Positions 45,937-55,120 of a stretch of 55,120 bases of DNA are shown in pieces. A program made the translations under genes and the position numbers. Within the stretch, counting starts at the first letter, position 1. Every line of letters begins with the position of its first letter. The notes beneath the pieces are model-generated. The model was given only the letters and a program-made list of their open reading frames with translations, searched no databases and was not told where the DNA came from. This DNA is from an uncultured Thermotogae bacterium (GTDB taxonomy: Bacteria > Bipolaricaulota > Bipolaricaulia > M55B111): contig CAZYPS010000001.1 in the NCBI GenBank assembly GCA_964649445.1, positions 1 to 55,120 of the forward strand, written 5' to 3'.

Positions 45937-47162
45937 AAAGTATAGGCTTGCGAAGTTTGGTAGTTACTTTGTTCGGTTTAGCGTTGATTTTAACTCTTAG
46001 CTTTTCGGCCGGTCTACGAACTATGGCCTCCGAGGAAGCCCGTCTGGGCAGTTCTCTTAGCGAAGTATTGCTGCACTGGAAGTTAATGATAGTAAATAAT
46101 CAGTCTTCTTATGCCGGGGATAGCGGCCTTGAATCTTCACTTGTCTCTCTGGATAATTCGCTCAAAAGTCTTAATTCACCAGGCTGGCTGGGCGATAGGT
46201 TACCTCCACTTAGAGAAAAGCTGGAAAGGGCAAAGTCCGAAGATTTATGGCCCTATCAGTTCGGTTTCTGGAATTTTGCCCGGGAGGATTCAACCGTATC
46301 TCTCTCTGGGGCTGAAAAAGACGAAGATATCCTGGTAGATGAAACCAGTGACGAGGAATCGGGTTCCAGAAGATTAGGATTTAGGTATCTTAAGTTTTCT
46401 GATAGCCGGGACAGGGCAACAATTAATCTTGAGGAGAAGTTAAATACTCCTCTCTCGAAAAGCTTTACTCTCGAGTTCTGGATTCGGATAAGAGAAGGTT
46501 CGGCGGCGAAAGTAGTATCTTCAGGCAACTGGAAACTCAGCCTGGAAGACAGCCTGCCCGAGTTGAAGAATACTTCGGAGGAAAAAATCCTGGAGGGTAG
46601 GGAGATACCGCTGAATAACTGGACACACGTCGGACTAATTAAAGATGGTAGTCGAATCAGGTTATTCCTAGACGGTAACGAGGTAAGTAAATCCGAAGTT
46701 TCAAAGTCGTTCAACATTTCAAAGATGATTGACTTTGGGGACGGTCTAGTGGGAGATATTGACGAGTTAAGGGTGCGGGAAAAGGCCGTGGAGCCAGAAT
46801 TACTCAACTTTGATCGGCCAATCGATTACCTTATAGGATTTCCGCTCTTGGATTGGATTCAAACTAACTTTACATCCGAGAAACAATGGCGATTCTACGC
46901 GGGCTTGTTAACCTCCAACATTAAACTAAAGATGGATAGCGAGAACTACTCGATCAACGGGGAGAACATAAGCCAGGTAGCAGAATTTCTTTTATCGGAA
47001 AGCGAAACGAGCCTAAAACGCCCCTCGGATATACCTTTCGGCATCGTCGAGGATATGGAAGAGATGCGAGCCCTGGGAAATAATGGTGAATTAACAGAAG
47101 AGGATAGAAGGAGTATAGAGGAATTTATCGGAAGACTGACTAGTTATCTTGATCTTGGTTAA
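45933..47162 (+). CDS. Secreted or anchored protein with a LamG/concanavalin-like jelly-roll domain
   Basis: N-terminal hydrophobic helix. FTLEFWIRI...NNWTHVGLIKDGSRIRLFLDGNEV is a LamG-like pattern. Its start overlaps the upstream stop (ATGA). Confidence 0.5.
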   Translation: MKSIGLRSLVVTLFGLALILTLSFSAGLRTMASEEARLGSSLSEVLLHWKLMIVNNQSSYAGDSGLESSLVSLDNSLKSLNSPGWLGDRLPPLREKLERAKSEDLWPYQFGFWNFAREDSTVSLSGAEKDEDILVDETSDEESGSRRLGFRYLKFSDSRDRATINLEEKLNTPLSKSFTLEFWIRIREGSAAKVVSSGNWKLSLEDSLPELKNTSEEKILEGREIPLNNWTHVGLIKDGSRIRLFLDGNEVSKSEVSKSFNISKMIDFGDGLVGDIDELRVREKAVEPELLNFDRPIDYLIGFPLLDWIQTNFTSEKQWRFYAGLLTSNIKLKMDSENYSINGENISQVAEFLLSESETSLKRPSDIPFGIVEDMEEMRALGNNGELTEEDRRSIEEFIGRLTSYLDLG

Positions 47163-47754
47163 GCTCCGTATCTTCCCACCAGGTAACCAGGTGGTTGAGT
47201 TTTCCTTCCTGGTGTTTCTCTTTCAGAAATTCTCCGATTTGTCTGCCTGAGTCCGTTTCCAGAGAAGGGAGCGTGTTGTTGGCCCACTTCTCAGCCAGCG
47301 GGTTTCCCTGATGAGCGATTTCGAACGCCTGAAAAATAAGTTCCAGCAGATCTGCGTCCCTGGCGACTTGTTCCAGGTTCTTAGATCTATCGGAGCGATC
47401 GAGAAGCTTCTCAAGGCTGCCCTTCAATTCTTCTGGGAGACCGCTTAGCTGGTCGGTTATTACGTTGGAAGAGATATAGTCCTCTTTTTTCAGGTAGTTC
47501 TGAGCAAGCCAATCCAGGTCCAGGGTTCTGGTTTCTGCCGTGTCGTGGAAAAGACAATAACCGGCTACTTCGTAGGGGTTCTCACCTTCAAGCTTCCCGA
47601 GCAGGAAACCGATGGCTGCCGTCCGGAACGAATGATCAGCTACTGATTCGGGGTTATTCACACCGAGTTTTAGCCAGCCCGATCGAGGGGTTCGTTTTAA
47701 CTGTCCCAGTTCGAATATAAACCTTGCGATATTGGCTAAATCGTCTTCGTCCAT
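47140..47754 (-). CDS. HD-domain 5'-deoxynucleotidase (YfbR-like)
   Basis: FELGQLKRTPRSGW...ESVADHSF...FHDTAE is a YfbR-type HD signature. The ATG lies behind GGAGGTG. Confidence 0.75.
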   Translation of the reverse strand: MDEDDLANIARFIFELGQLKRTPRSGWLKLGVNNPESVADHSFRTAAIGFLLGKLEGENPYEVAGYCLFHDTAETRTLDLDWLAQNYLKKEDYISSNVITDQLSGLPEELKGSLEKLLDRSDRSKNLEQVARDADLLELIFQAFEIAHQGNPLAEKWANNTLPSLETDSGRQIGEFLKEKHQEGKLNHLVTWWEDTELNQDQDN

Positions 47755-48285
47755 CTCGCACCTCCATTAACTTTCTTGCTAATTCAAGTCCCGCATATTA
47801 CTCATAAGAGATCAGCTCCTAAGTCAAAATAGGGGATAAAATAACTACTGGTTGTGATATTTATTGATTCATCCCAAGTGCGAAGTTCAAAAAAGTTGAA
47901 TTGACTTACTTTTTCGCAAAAACCAACCAGCATCCAGATGAGAAAGTTAACTGGTTATATAACCTACCGATGAGCAAGTATGGTAAACTATACCCGGGTA
48001 AAGTTAAAGAACTTGGGTCAGGTTTTTAGCTCACCTTGGTGCTGGGCCAGATCTCTATTGTAAAACGGTCACTATGGATAACAAGTCTCTTTCGAGCTCA
48101 TGTGTTAAAATCGCTCAATCCAAGTAACTTAACACAGGGTATATTTAACCCTTATAAGGTTCGAACCATGAGTGTTATATTAGGAAGGTTAGATTGTTGT
48201 GGAAAAGTGAGACGGATTTTAGTTTGCCTGGTGACGGTTTTCCTTGTGGTTGTGAGCTGGACGGACCACCATTTATTCCAAGATA

Positions 48286-49341
48286 ATGCATAAATTTCAA
48301 CCAAAGAACTTATTTAGGATTGCCAAGTCTTTTGTGGGTCTTGCTGTTGTCCTCATGTTGTTGGTGCTTACTCCCGTAAATGGGGGGCAGAGGACTTTTG
48401 TCAATATTACTTCGTCAGCGGGACATGAAACTCAGGGAGAGACCAGGACGGTGAAAGGGATTTACCTGCATTCAAGGGCAATTTCGTCCGAAACAGCGGG
48501 AGGTCTGGCGGAGACTCTGAACACCCATGGTTTTAATGCCGTCGTAATAAACGTCAAGAACGTCCACGGGGAGGTCACTTATTCATCGGATGTAGATCTA
48601 GCCTCCGAAATAGGGGCAACAACCGGTCGACTGGATATTGAGGCCATTATAACCCGGTTGCATCGTGAAGGGGTCTACGTGATAGCCAGGTTAACCTGCT
48701 TTAAGGACAGATTGATGGCTGCAAGGTGTTGCGGTGGAGGCGAATGGGCCGATCCTGAGAGCGAACTTGCCCAAAAATACATCCTGCAGCTGGCGCGGGA
48801 GGTTTCAAGCCTGGGCTTTGACGAAATTCAGCTTGACTATATTCGGTATCCTGACGGGCCGGGCAAAATTGGAGGCGAATATCGTGATAGAAGCGAGGTA
48901 ATTGCGGGTTTCGTAAAGAGAGTAAAACAAACTATTGATTCCCAGGTAAGGTTGTCCGCAGATGTCTACGGTAGGACAATGTGGAACTGGAACAGTAATA
49001 ATACGGATCCAATAGGCCAAAATCTGGAGTATCTGGAGGAAACAGTGGACGTCCTTTCGCCGATGGTTTATCCGTCTCACTACAATAATCCCGACCTGGT
49101 CTACAATCCGCATAAGCTTGTGAATCTCACTATGAAGACGGGTAGGGAACGTTTAAACACTGAAATAAGGCCATTTATCCAGGGGTTTGATAGGGCAATG
49201 CCACAGGGTATGGATCTTGTAACATATATTCAGGAAGAGATACGGGCGTTAAAGGCCCACAGTGATACAGGTTATCTCGTCTGGAATCCTACTTCCGATT
49301 ATGAATCTCTCTGGAAAGCCGTAAAGGGTTTGAAGGGCTAA
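48286..49341 (+). CDS. Secreted TIM-barrel-like putative glycoside hydrolase (DUF4015-like)
   Basis: Signal peptide and GFDEIQLDYIRYP. The family assignment is by motif memory only. Confidence 0.5.
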   Translation: MHKFQPKNLFRIAKSFVGLAVVLMLLVLTPVNGGQRTFVNITSSAGHETQGETRTVKGIYLHSRAISSETAGGLAETLNTHGFNAVVINVKNVHGEVTYSSDVDLASEIGATTGRLDIEAIITRLHREGVYVIARLTCFKDRLMAARCCGGGEWADPESELAQKYILQLAREVSSLGFDEIQLDYIRYPDGPGKIGGEYRDRSEVIAGFVKRVKQTIDSQVRLSADVYGRTMWNWNSNNTDPIGQNLEYLEETVDVLSPMVYPSHYNNPDLVYNPHKLVNLTMKTGRERLNTEIRPFIQGFDRAMPQGMDLVTYIQEEIRALKAHSDTGYLVWNPTSDYESLWKAVKGLKG

Positions 49342-49345
49342 AAGT

Positions 49346-49382
49346 AAAAACCCCTCGCCGTTTTGAGTGGCGAGGGGTTTTG
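49346..49382. terminator. Bidirectional intrinsic terminator between convergent genes
   Basis: aaaaa-cccctcgcc-gttttgagt-ggcgagggg-ttttgtt: a 9-bp GC stem with an A-run upstream and a T-run downstream. Confidence 0.75.
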
Positions 49383-49404
49383 TTAATAATGTTAATCCTT
49401 TAGT

Positions 49405-51816
49405 CTATTCTTCTTCGTCTTCTTCGTTGTTCTGGAGAGCGTTGTAAATCTCCCTGATCTTTTCGTCAGCTCGGGCAAATATAGTTCCGTCTTCGTAACT
49501 TCCATCTTTAAGTTCGGCACCGGCATCCATCCCGGTTAGTATTTCAAGGCCTTCGCTAACTGTCTCTGCAGGATAAATGTGAAAGTCGCCGGAGTCTACC
49601 GCGTCTATTACGTCATCGTTCAGCATCAAATTGTCGACGTTTTCTTTTGGAAGTATAACTCCCTGGTCTCCTGTTAAGCCCTGAGCTTTGCATACTTCAT
49701 AAAATCCTTCGACCTTTTCTTTAGCTCCGCCGATTGGTTGAATCTCTCCTTTCTGGTTCACGGAACCGGTCACGGCTATGCCCTGATTAATCTCTACATC
49801 GGCCAGACTGGAAATTATGGCGTAAAGCTCGGTGCTGGAGGCGCTATCCCCGTCCACTTTTGAGTAGCTTTGCTCGAAGGCAATGTTTGCCGTCAGAGAC
49901 AGAGGCTTGTCGTAAGCGAATTTCTTACCGAGGTACCCTTTTAATATCATAACGCCTTTCGTGTGACTGCTCCCGGAAAGATCTGCTTCCCTGTCTATAT
50001 TAACAACCCCTTCCTTCCCGGCGTAGACATTGGCGGTGATCCGAGCTGGTTTACCGAAGCTGAAGTCTCCCGTGCTTAGGACGGATAGTCCCGTTATCTG
50101 GCCTACTTCCTCTCCCTCCGTGTCGATGAAGATCTTTCCTCGGTCTATATATTCGTGAATCTTGTCCTTTATCAGGCTTCTTCTTTCTATCTTCTCTTCC
50201 ATTGCCTTCATTACGTGTTCCTCATCGACGTAATTCTCATCTTCTTGCTTGGCCCAGTAGCTCGATTCCTTTACGAGTTCCGTTATTTCGCTGAATTTAG
50301 TAGATAGTTTCTCTTTGTCCCTTGCCATTTCCGAGGTATATTCGACTACCTTGGCCACTCCGTCATTATTGAAATGTCTGATCTCGGAACTGCTGTCTGC
50401 CTGATCGCGGATAAACCGGGCAATTTTAACCTCTTTTTCTTCTTCCCAGTCCATCTCGAAGTCAAAATCCGATTTTACGTTGAATAGCTTCTGAAAATCC
50501 TCTTCCAGGCTGTTCAGGATGTTATAAATTCTTCTATTTCCTATGATAACGACCTTGACGTCGAGAGGTATCGGTTTGGGCTGGAGTCCTTTGGTTGAAG
50601 AATAGCCAAGCATCTGAGCCGGATCTTCGATATTAATCTCTCCCTGGTTAAGTGCCACCTTCAGTCCTTCCCAGCTTAACCCGTACCGGAAGAGATTATC
50701 CGCCTTCAGGACCAGGTACCCCCCATTGGCTTCGTGAAGGGCACCGGGTTTGATCATCGTGAAGTCGGTGGACATCATGCCAAATTGAGCCTTTTTCTCG
50801 ACGGCACCGAAAAGATTTGGATAAGTGGCATTGTCCTCTGTAACAACGGGTGCTCCTTCCGTATCACCATTGTTGATTAGAACATTTACCCGGTATTTTA
50901 CGAACTGATCCTGGTTTGAGGCAATCTGAGGCATTGCTGCTGGCTGGCCGCCGGAATTCTGGTTGGTAAATTCATCTATGTTTTCCAGAATGTCTTCCTT
51001 GACGGCCCGAAGATACTCCACAGCCTTCTCGTTTCCTTTGTATTTCTCCTGAAGTTTACGGAACATTGGATCGAGGAGGAACGATATAGCTTCCTTTTTA
51101 AGGTTCTGGATTTTCTCATTTCGTTCCTCTTCAGCTTCCATGACCTGTTCCATCGTTTCCTGAATCCTGTTCTGGAGTTTCTCTTGACGTTCTTCCAGCT
51201 CCTCTCTTCTTTCGTCTTCCAGTTCGCTGAATTCCTGTTGGTCCATCGGTTCTCCGTCTTCCGCCTTGGGCACGGTATTTAATCCGAACGGAGTTCTCTG
51301 GAGTATGAATCCTTTTTCTGAAGCCTCTTCCTCGAGTTTTTCGAACAAAGCCTTCTTCTTCTGGTTGAATTGCTGATCTATTGCTTCTTTCCGCTTTTTG
51401 TATTCCCCCGTCTCGAAAGAATCGGAAACACCGTCCTCCAGGTGTTCAACAAGTTCATCCATATCGTCTTTGAATTCGCAACCCTTACCTGCTTCGAACT
51501 GAAGATACTGGGGTCTATCGGGGTTTTCGAAATTGTGGACGTAACAAATATCGACCGGGGCTTCTTCCTGTTTACTTACTTTTTCGAGAAATTTATTTAC
51601 TGCAGAATTCTTGCCAGTACCCGGTTGTCCAGCGACGTAGATGTTGTAACGATTTTCATCGTCTTTGACTCCCAATCCAAGCTCGATAGCATCTAGAGCT
51701 CGATCCTGTCCAATTATCTCCTTTAACGGATCTAATTCCTCTGTCGTATCAAAAGAAAAATTTTCCGGCGAACAAGTCCTTCTTAAATCGGAACTTCCAA
51801 GTTCTCTTGTCATCAT
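49405..51816 (-). CDS. Lon-like protease with AAA-like module carrying a long Glu-rich helical insertion (COG1067/LonC-like)
   Basis: The P-loop GQPGTGKN has Asn where Ser/Thr is expected. The C-terminal Lon protease domain has DGDSAS (Ser) and PIGGAKEKV (Lys). 803 aa. Confidence 0.85.
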   Translation of the reverse strand: MMTRELGSSDLRRTCSPENFSFDTTEELDPLKEIIGQDRALDAIELGLGVKDDENRYNIYVAGQPGTGKNSAVNKFLEKVSKQEEAPVDICYVHNFENPDRPQYLQFEAGKGCEFKDDMDELVEHLEDGVSDSFETGEYKKRKEAIDQQFNQKKKALFEKLEEEASEKGFILQRTPFGLNTVPKAEDGEPMDQQEFSELEDERREELEERQEKLQNRIQETMEQVMEAEEERNEKIQNLKKEAISFLLDPMFRKLQEKYKGNEKAVEYLRAVKEDILENIDEFTNQNSGGQPAAMPQIASNQDQFVKYRVNVLINNGDTEGAPVVTEDNATYPNLFGAVEKKAQFGMMSTDFTMIKPGALHEANGGYLVLKADNLFRYGLSWEGLKVALNQGEINIEDPAQMLGYSSTKGLQPKPIPLDVKVVIIGNRRIYNILNSLEEDFQKLFNVKSDFDFEMDWEEEKEVKIARFIRDQADSSSEIRHFNNDGVAKVVEYTSEMARDKEKLSTKFSEITELVKESSYWAKQEDENYVDEEHVMKAMEEKIERRSLIKDKIHEYIDRGKIFIDTEGEEVGQITGLSVLSTGDFSFGKPARITANVYAGKEGVVNIDREADLSGSSHTKGVMILKGYLGKKFAYDKPLSLTANIAFEQSYSKVDGDSASSTELYAIISSLADVEINQGIAVTGSVNQKGEIQPIGGAKEKVEGFYEVCKAQGLTGDQGVILPKENVDNLMLNDDVIDAVDSGDFHIYPAETVSEGLEILTGMDAGAELKDGSYEDGTIFARADEKIREIYNALQNNEEDEEE

Positions 51817-51871
51817 CAGTCCTCCTTGCGCTAATGTTAAAGGAGGGTACGTGCCAGTTCAATTCTGGAAA

Positions 51872-53194
51872 TTAGCTTTTTCGAACCACGTTAACGCCAT
51901 CTAAAGCGAGTGCCGGAGCTTTGAGCCCTCCACCTACCCATTCCGGTTCTTTACCGAGTTCAATCCCCTCCTCTAGTAAATCGTATACATTCCCTGCGAT
52001 CATCGTGTCTTTTACTTTACCGGTTATAGCCCCGTCTTCTATTTTGTAGGCTACTGAAACGTTATTGGAAAATTCACCTGAGAGGAGGTTGCCCTGACCC
52101 AGTCCCAGTACCTGGTCTACCACCAATCCCTGGTCAATACTGGAAATAATTTTGCCCATTTTTCTGTCTCCCGGTTTTATAGACAGAGTGGTAGGACTGA
52201 TGCTAGGTGGAGAACGGAAGTCTGAACCGCTAATTAAACCGCCTTTAACGCCGTTTCCTGTCGGGTTAGTCTCAGCCTGTCCCGCTGTTTGAAGGTCATA
52301 TAGGAAACCTTTTACTTTACCCTCCGATATGAGTGCCGATTCTTGAGCTGGGGTTCCCTCGTCGTCAAAGCTGCGCCGTGAAGGAGAATCTTCCAAAGCG
52401 CCAAAATCCTCTAGGGTAAGATTTTCAGCGAAGATCTTTTCCCCGATATCTCCTTCGAGGGGAGAAGTCCCCTGAAAAACGCTCCTGCCATTTAATCCGG
52501 CAAGTAATGAAACAAGCACCACCAGGGTACCTCGCGGCGTCAATATAACGGGATAGGCTCCGGTCTCAATCCCTGACTCTCTCTCCGACCACTTGACTTT
52601 CTGCACTGCTTTTTCAACTGTATCGTCCAGATTAAATTGATCCAGTTTCTGGGCGACGCAGGACTCGTGAAATGTAAAGATATCTTCTTCCTCAACCTTT
52701 TTTACTTCCAGGTCAAGAGAGAGTTTTGTTTTCTCTTCTTCAACATCCAGTCCATTGCTATTTGATATTCTGGTTTTTCCTACTGACCGGGAAAGATTGA
52801 CGTTTACTTCCAGGTCGGGATCGAAATCCTGAAGTCTGGTTATTACTTCTTTTCCATAATTAATGAGTTTCTTGGACGTTAGCTCCGATACTTCCTTGTC
52901 AAATGTATTAACCTTATTGATTTCGACGGAACCGGGAAATTCGAATCCAGCCTCCTCGCCGAAACTTGCCGTTTCAGCTGCCTGGTCAGCTGCTTTGGAA
53001 TCTCCCCCAAGGTTAGTCGTAGTTGAAAATCCAAGCTTACCGTCGTTTATAACTCGCAGGGCGGCTCCGGTCGTTTCCACGTGTTTGACTGATTCCAGCT
53101 CTCCAGAGTTAAACTTAACCGGGATCGAATTGCCCGTCTTTTGAAATACTTCGGCACTTTCCACCTTTCTGCTGGCCTGATCGAGTAGTTCCAT
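51872..53194 (-). CDS. pmbA: PmbA/TldE-family protein
   Basis: 440 aa with the TldD/PmbA fold pattern and no HExxxH. Its start overlaps the tldD stop (TAATG). Confidence 0.8.
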   Translation of the reverse strand: MELLDQASRKVESAEVFQKTGNSIPVKFNSGELESVKHVETTGAALRVINDGKLGFSTTTNLGGDSKAADQAAETASFGEEAGFEFPGSVEINKVNTFDKEVSELTSKKLINYGKEVITRLQDFDPDLEVNVNLSRSVGKTRISNSNGLDVEEEKTKLSLDLEVKKVEEEDIFTFHESCVAQKLDQFNLDDTVEKAVQKVKWSERESGIETGAYPVILTPRGTLVVLVSLLAGLNGRSVFQGTSPLEGDIGEKIFAENLTLEDFGALEDSPSRRSFDDEGTPAQESALISEGKVKGFLYDLQTAGQAETNPTGNGVKGGLISGSDFRSPPSISPTTLSIKPGDRKMGKIISSIDQGLVVDQVLGLGQGNLLSGEFSNNVSVAYKIEDGAITGKVKDTMIAGNVYDLLEEGIELGKEPEWVGGGLKAPALALDGVNVVRKS

Positions 53195-54570
53195 TATCTC
53201 CCTCCTATAGTAACGTCTTCTATTCTAAGATGCGGTGATCCATCGGTAACGGGGAGAGGCATTTGCCCTCCTTTACCACATCCCCCGGCTGATCCTATGA
53301 TATCGAGGTCATCTCCTATCCCCGAGATGTTTTCGAGGGAACTGAAAATATTTCCCGTAAGGACGACATCGCGTACCATTGGGCCTATCTCGCCGTCCTC
53401 TATGACGAAACCGTGTCCCGCGCTAAATGTAAACTGCTCGAGCTGAGTTTGACCTCCATAAGCGTCCTTGGCGTAAATACCGTGATCTATTGATCCGATC
53501 AATTCCTCGAAAGATTTCTCTCCGGCTTCTATGTAGGTGTTTGTCATTCGAACTATCGGCTCGTAACGGTAAGAGATGGCCCGAGCATTTCCTGTCGGTT
53601 CCTGGCCCATTTTAGCGGCTGTTTCTCGATTGTGGAGAAAGCTGTTGAGCTTTCCCTCCTTTATCAGGTAAGTTTTTTGTCTCGGGATCCCTTCGTCGTC
53701 GTAAGGAAGGTTACCCCTTCGACCCCTTATGAAGCCTTCGTCAACCACGTTCAAATTTTCGGGTCCGAACTTCCGTCCCAGAGTCATAATTTCCTGAAGC
53801 CGTTCGTTCTTGTAGAAATGGTCTGCCTCGCAAAGATGGCCAAAAGCCTCGTGGATAAATACTCCAGCTAGTTTTGGATTGAGCAATACGGTGTACTGCC
53901 CCCCTTCAACGGGATCAGCCGATAGCAGAGACACTGCCTGCGAGGCGACGTCCTCAGCCATTTCTTCCTTCTGCTGGATCAGTTCAAATCCCGCCGCTTC
54001 GCCTACGCTATCGTGGGCAGTCTGGATATTGTTTTTGCCCCCCTTCGCTATGGCAACGAGAGCCAGTGTAACGTCAGGCAACTCCTGGTAGAGTTCGGTT
54101 CCTTCCGAATTCACGTATCTAAGCTCCCGAAACGAATCGCTATAGACGGCTTTGGTTGATTCGATTCGGTCGTCGTAATCCAACATCCTTCTGTTGTAGC
54201 GTCTTAAAGTATCCCGCTTTTCTTCCAGCGAAACTTCGCGGAAGTCCCTGTGCAGGTTCGTCTTAATCTCGTCTTTTTCCGGTGATACGCCAGCCAGGTT
54301 AATTGGTTTCTCCAGATTTGAAGAGACCTCTTTACCTATTTTGTGAGCTTTCTTTGCTTTTTTCGGGATTTCGTCAAGAGAATTGAAAGTTGCTATCCCC
54401 CAACCTCCCTGAACCAGGGTTCTGATAAATCCTCCTTTCTCTTCTGACGAATCAATGTTCGTCAGTTTTTTCTTTTCGTATTTGATGTTCGTCCTCTGGG
54501 CTTTTTCAATCCTGATTTCAGTGAATTCACCTTTGCTTACTTTCAATCCTTCTTTAAGTTTGTTGAGCAA
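53194..54570 (-). CDS. tldD: TldD-family metalloprotease
   Basis: 458 aa with the HExxxH motif in FIHEAFGHLCEADH. Confidence 0.85.
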   Translation of the reverse strand: MLNKLKEGLKVSKGEFTEIRIEKAQRTNIKYEKKKLTNIDSSEEKGGFIRTLVQGGWGIATFNSLDEIPKKAKKAHKIGKEVSSNLEKPINLAGVSPEKDEIKTNLHRDFREVSLEEKRDTLRRYNRRMLDYDDRIESTKAVYSDSFRELRYVNSEGTELYQELPDVTLALVAIAKGGKNNIQTAHDSVGEAAGFELIQQKEEMAEDVASQAVSLLSADPVEGGQYTVLLNPKLAGVFIHEAFGHLCEADHFYKNERLQEIMTLGRKFGPENLNVVDEGFIRGRRGNLPYDDEGIPRQKTYLIKEGKLNSFLHNRETAAKMGQEPTGNARAISYRYEPIVRMTNTYIEAGEKSFEELIGSIDHGIYAKDAYGGQTQLEQFTFSAGHGFVIEDGEIGPMVRDVVLTGNIFSSLENISGIGDDLDIIGSAGGCGKGGQMPLPVTDGSPHLRIEDVTIGGR

Positions 54571-54916
54571 GTTACCCTCCTCTTTTCAATTGGTGAGGAA
54601 AAAGTTTACTACTAACTATAATCAATATCAGCAAATTGAGCAAAGTTTCGGGCCATTCATAGTTATTTTATGATGGTTATAATTGCTCCTGTTTAGGGAG
54701 AAAGAAAAGTTAAATTTGCGGAACGTCCAGTTGAGAATAAATATCACGGGATTACCTTAGCATGGAAGGATTTTAGCGGTTCCTGTTCATTTAATAGTTT
54801 AGCGTGCCTGAAAGCGATCCCTGTTTAGGTAAAGTTTGACTCAGACCCGAAATTCTTATTTGAAGAGACCACAACCAATAGCTCCATAGTTTTCTGGTGG
54901 CTTCGTACTCGCAATC

Positions 54917-55120
54917 CTAAAGATCCAGATCATCCATGTTGATCTGCTTCAGTTTATCTTCCGTTACTCCTTCCTGTTCGAGTCCTCTAAGATCGTAGTA
55001 CTCCTCTTTCAACTTATTTAAATCTCTCTCAGGTAAACCCTCTCCTTTGCTTCCACCAGAGGGAAGCCGACTTTTCAGGCGATCCGTCAGATCATCGTCT
55101 TCGATACTGTAACCTTCCCG
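54917..55120 (-). CDS. C-terminal end (67 codons plus stop) of an aldehyde:ferredoxin oxidoreductase-family protein; the 5' part lies outside the window
   Basis: It is absent from the ORF track because it has no start in the window. The open frame from 55120 to the TAG at 54919-54917 reads ...LPSGGSKGEGLPERDLNKLKEEYYDLRGLEQEGVTEDKLKQINMDDLDL, matching the AOR C-terminal pattern (L..ML.EYY.LRGWD..G.PT...L..LGL). Confidence 0.55.
   Translation of the reverse strand, partial: REGYSIEDDDLTDRLKSRLPSGGSKGEGLPERDLNKLKEEYYDLRGLEQEGVTEDKLKQINMDDLDL

Noticed and set aside
48036-48293. An 85-aa track ORF upstream of the DUF4015-like gene.
   Set aside because: It has no SD, a Cys/Val/Leu-rich composition that is not protein-like, and it overlaps the start of the downstream gene. 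It is probably part of a noncoding leader.
54688-54839. A 10-mer direct repeat, cctgtttagg, at 54688-54697 and 54830-54839 in the tldD upstream region.
   Set aside because: It is a short, isolated match of the order expected by chance in AT-rich intergenic DNA. No further structure was seen.

Overview
This 55-kb window looks like ordinary chromosomal core genome from a bacterium. Bacterial hallmarks are mraY, uvrA/uvrC, gatA, a bacterial-type aspS, a type-A RNase P RNA and strong Shine-Dalgarno sites. Several genes have an archaeal flavour: a CDC48/VAT-type double-AAA ATPase, an AbrB-PhoU fusion, a stand-alone TrpB2, an SDR-type threonine dehydrogenase and the C-terminal end of an aldehyde:ferredoxin oxidoreductase. 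I support about 45 CDS, two tRNA-Ala genes, rnpB and a few terminators. I saw no CRISPR array, transposase, integrase, reverse transcriptase or recognisable defence island. Four things deserve a second look. (1) A family of at least six long palindromic hairpin elements is scattered through intergenic DNA, and one copy forms the P12 helix of the RNase P RNA. (2) Two conserved genes, gatA and a DUF1028 Ntn-hydrolase, have N-termini that can only be reached from an ATC codon placed correctly behind a GGAGG site. (3) A 1.08-kb hairpin-dense region with no credible gene lies next to tRNA-Ala(GGC), which itself carries C33. (4) There are smaller oddities: a GGM-repeat miniprotein, a structured leader upstream of a MATE pump, and a three-protease operon. 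Everything was read by eye from the sequence and the ORF track. No database search or folding program was run, so family names are motif-based and RNA structures are hand-paired.
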